Source: Tubiluchus corallicola (lineage: Eukaryota; Animalia; Priapulida). From it: DNA of 64,000 bases. The stretch spans positions 310,001 to 374,000 of the forward strand of contig JAQGDQ010000001.1 in the NCBI GenBank assembly GCA_030141605.1. The letters are read 5' to 3'. Positions 62,129 through 64,000 of this stretch are shown here, piece by piece. Numbering within the stretch: the first letter of the stretch is position 1; each line of letters opens with the position of its first letter. Made by a program: the position numbers and the translations under genes. Under the pieces are notes generated by a model, which saw nothing but the letters and a program-made list of their open reading frames with translations, had not been told where the DNA came from and searched no databases.

Positions 62129-64000
62129 CTATAAAAAATAAAAGCCTTTATTAGCCTAATATACTAATAATCAAAACAAAGTTATAAAAATAATTGTATA
62201 GATCAATGCATACACCTAAGCAAGCTACTTAAAAGAAGTACAAATTAAAAAAATCAAAGACCCAACATCAAACTTGCATTTAAAGTCACTAATTAATTTA
62301 GCTCAGCTATTTTCAAAATATTATAGTTGTAGCGATTGTTTCTTCATGAAACTTTTATACATAAGTATGAGTTCTGATTATATTAATAATATTAAATTAA
62401 TATTTTTGTTCTGCTTATAATTATGGCATCAAAATCTATATTAACAAAACACTTGCTGCAATGTTTCAAGTCATCACTTTTTTGCCAGTAACAGAATATT
62501 TTTTCAGCATGCTTAAGTCAAACAGCAACAAGATGGGCCAAAGGCCATTGAAAATGTTTCACCTGCCAAATGTAATAAATTGTTTAATAATGTAAAACCA
62601 TGCAATAAATCAAATTCCAAAAAAGATAGTTATATTAATATTGCTAAGAGTTATAAGCAGGCATTGGCTTTAAGCCTAAAAAGAAAGCGCAAATGTTACA
62701 CCATTAGCAAATGATCTAGAAATGGATTTGCAAGGCTTTTTTGTCATAAAAAGCAGAATATGCAAACAGAATCTTTAAAGACAGCTTAACCCTAAGAATA
62801 ATTCAGAAACCCAAAAAGTCAAAAAGACAACGTCTTTGTTATAGCCAATAGGCAACAGCCACAAGAGAGGTAATAAAGAGTTGCCAAAATGCAAAGATAC
62901 TGCGCACACCATTTACTCAACTTGATGAAGATGGAAAAGAGACACGTCGATGAAATCATCCACTTTTCATTGCAATAGGAACTAAGTGCACAAAGAGAAG
63001 ACATCAGTTTTATGCAAAATTCAGTACATTATAACCATGTTACAGATGTGCTTATGTGAATAATTTTCATACACTATTTCTTTTGATTAAATATAACACA
63101 ACGTAATATTACATAAACATAACATAAAAACTCTATAGTGTATTTTTTGAGTGCTTAATTTTTTACAACATTTATTTCTTTTAGTATTTCACTTTTGCTC
63201 ATTTAGCAGTGAACACTATTCCAAGTGCACTGGAAATCATTTTCTTGCTCTGTATGTTATTTGACAGCTGATAATTTATGGAAAGACTACAAAGATGCAA
63301 GAAAACCACTTCTATTAAACAAACATAAGAATGTAACACTTCAATAGCACGTTCAGAGTTAATAAGAGATTGGAAGTCCAGGAGATTACAGCATAGGTCT
63401 AGTAAGGCAAATAGAGAAAGTGTCCAGTGAAAAATTTGAATCTCACACACCTGGTGATTAAAAAAATTGTATTTTCAACTATTAACCAAACTGAAACCCT
63501 TAAAAAGGTGAGAAATGCAGAAAAACCACTGGACTAATAATCGGATTCCAAGACAACAGAAAGAGAGCTTCTCACTACAAAGAATAGTGAGAAACAAGAA
63601 AATACATTTTTTTATTATATTTCAAGGGTTTTTTATTGGTTCCCCAAAGAGACAACTAAAAGCAAGAATAGGCAAAGGCAGACTGTAAAGCACTATTGGC
63701 TTAGAGGATAAAAACTTAGTTGAACAGTGAACCAGTAATGAGCTACTTAATGCATAAACAATACAACAGTCAGTTGCTAAAAATCTAGTCTGTTTCTCAA
63801 AATAAGTTATAATCATTTTTATACAAATCATCCCATATAAGACCAATTCAATAGTTTGAAAGTGAAAATATGAATGCAAGTTCGGAAAAGTAGAATTTCC
63901 GTGACTAATAGGTTAGTGATACATCGTGACTAGTGGCGTTCTTCTTGAAGCAGTGTTTGGTTGTAGCTAAGAAAAGAATTTTCTGATAAAAATTCCATAA

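Overview
AT-rich metazoan genomic DNA with spliceosomal introns, probably from an invertebrate (lophotrochozoan-like; the taxon is an inference). It is not prokaryotic, and no CRISPR array, rRNA or intact tRNA gene was found. Six host genes were reconstructed by reading splice sites and comparing with remembered orthologue sequences: the 5' end of DHX16/PRP2 (-); complete SSNA1/NA14 (+, 3 exons, 124 aa, missed by the ORF track); complete FBXL16 (+, 3 exons, 11-kb first intron); complete POLR3H/RPC8 (-, 7 exons, 204 aa); a Caprin with an intronless 629-aa CDS (-); and the C-terminal exons of a Cav2 calcium-channel alpha1 gene ending in DDDDWC (-). Introns and intergenic DNA hold many transposon remnants (CR1-like LINEs, pogo/Tigger, hAT, and Kolobok-, Harbinger-, Academ- and Helentron-like elements), some of them nested. 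The most unusual signals concern splicing. Three of the six POLR3H introns are non-canonical (two GC-AG and one U12-type), and one exon has a U12 acceptor on one side and a GC donor on the other. The Cav2 tail contains frame-preserving 15-, 27- and 66-nt candidate micro/cassette exons. I cannot claim a wholly new biological system from the sequence alone.
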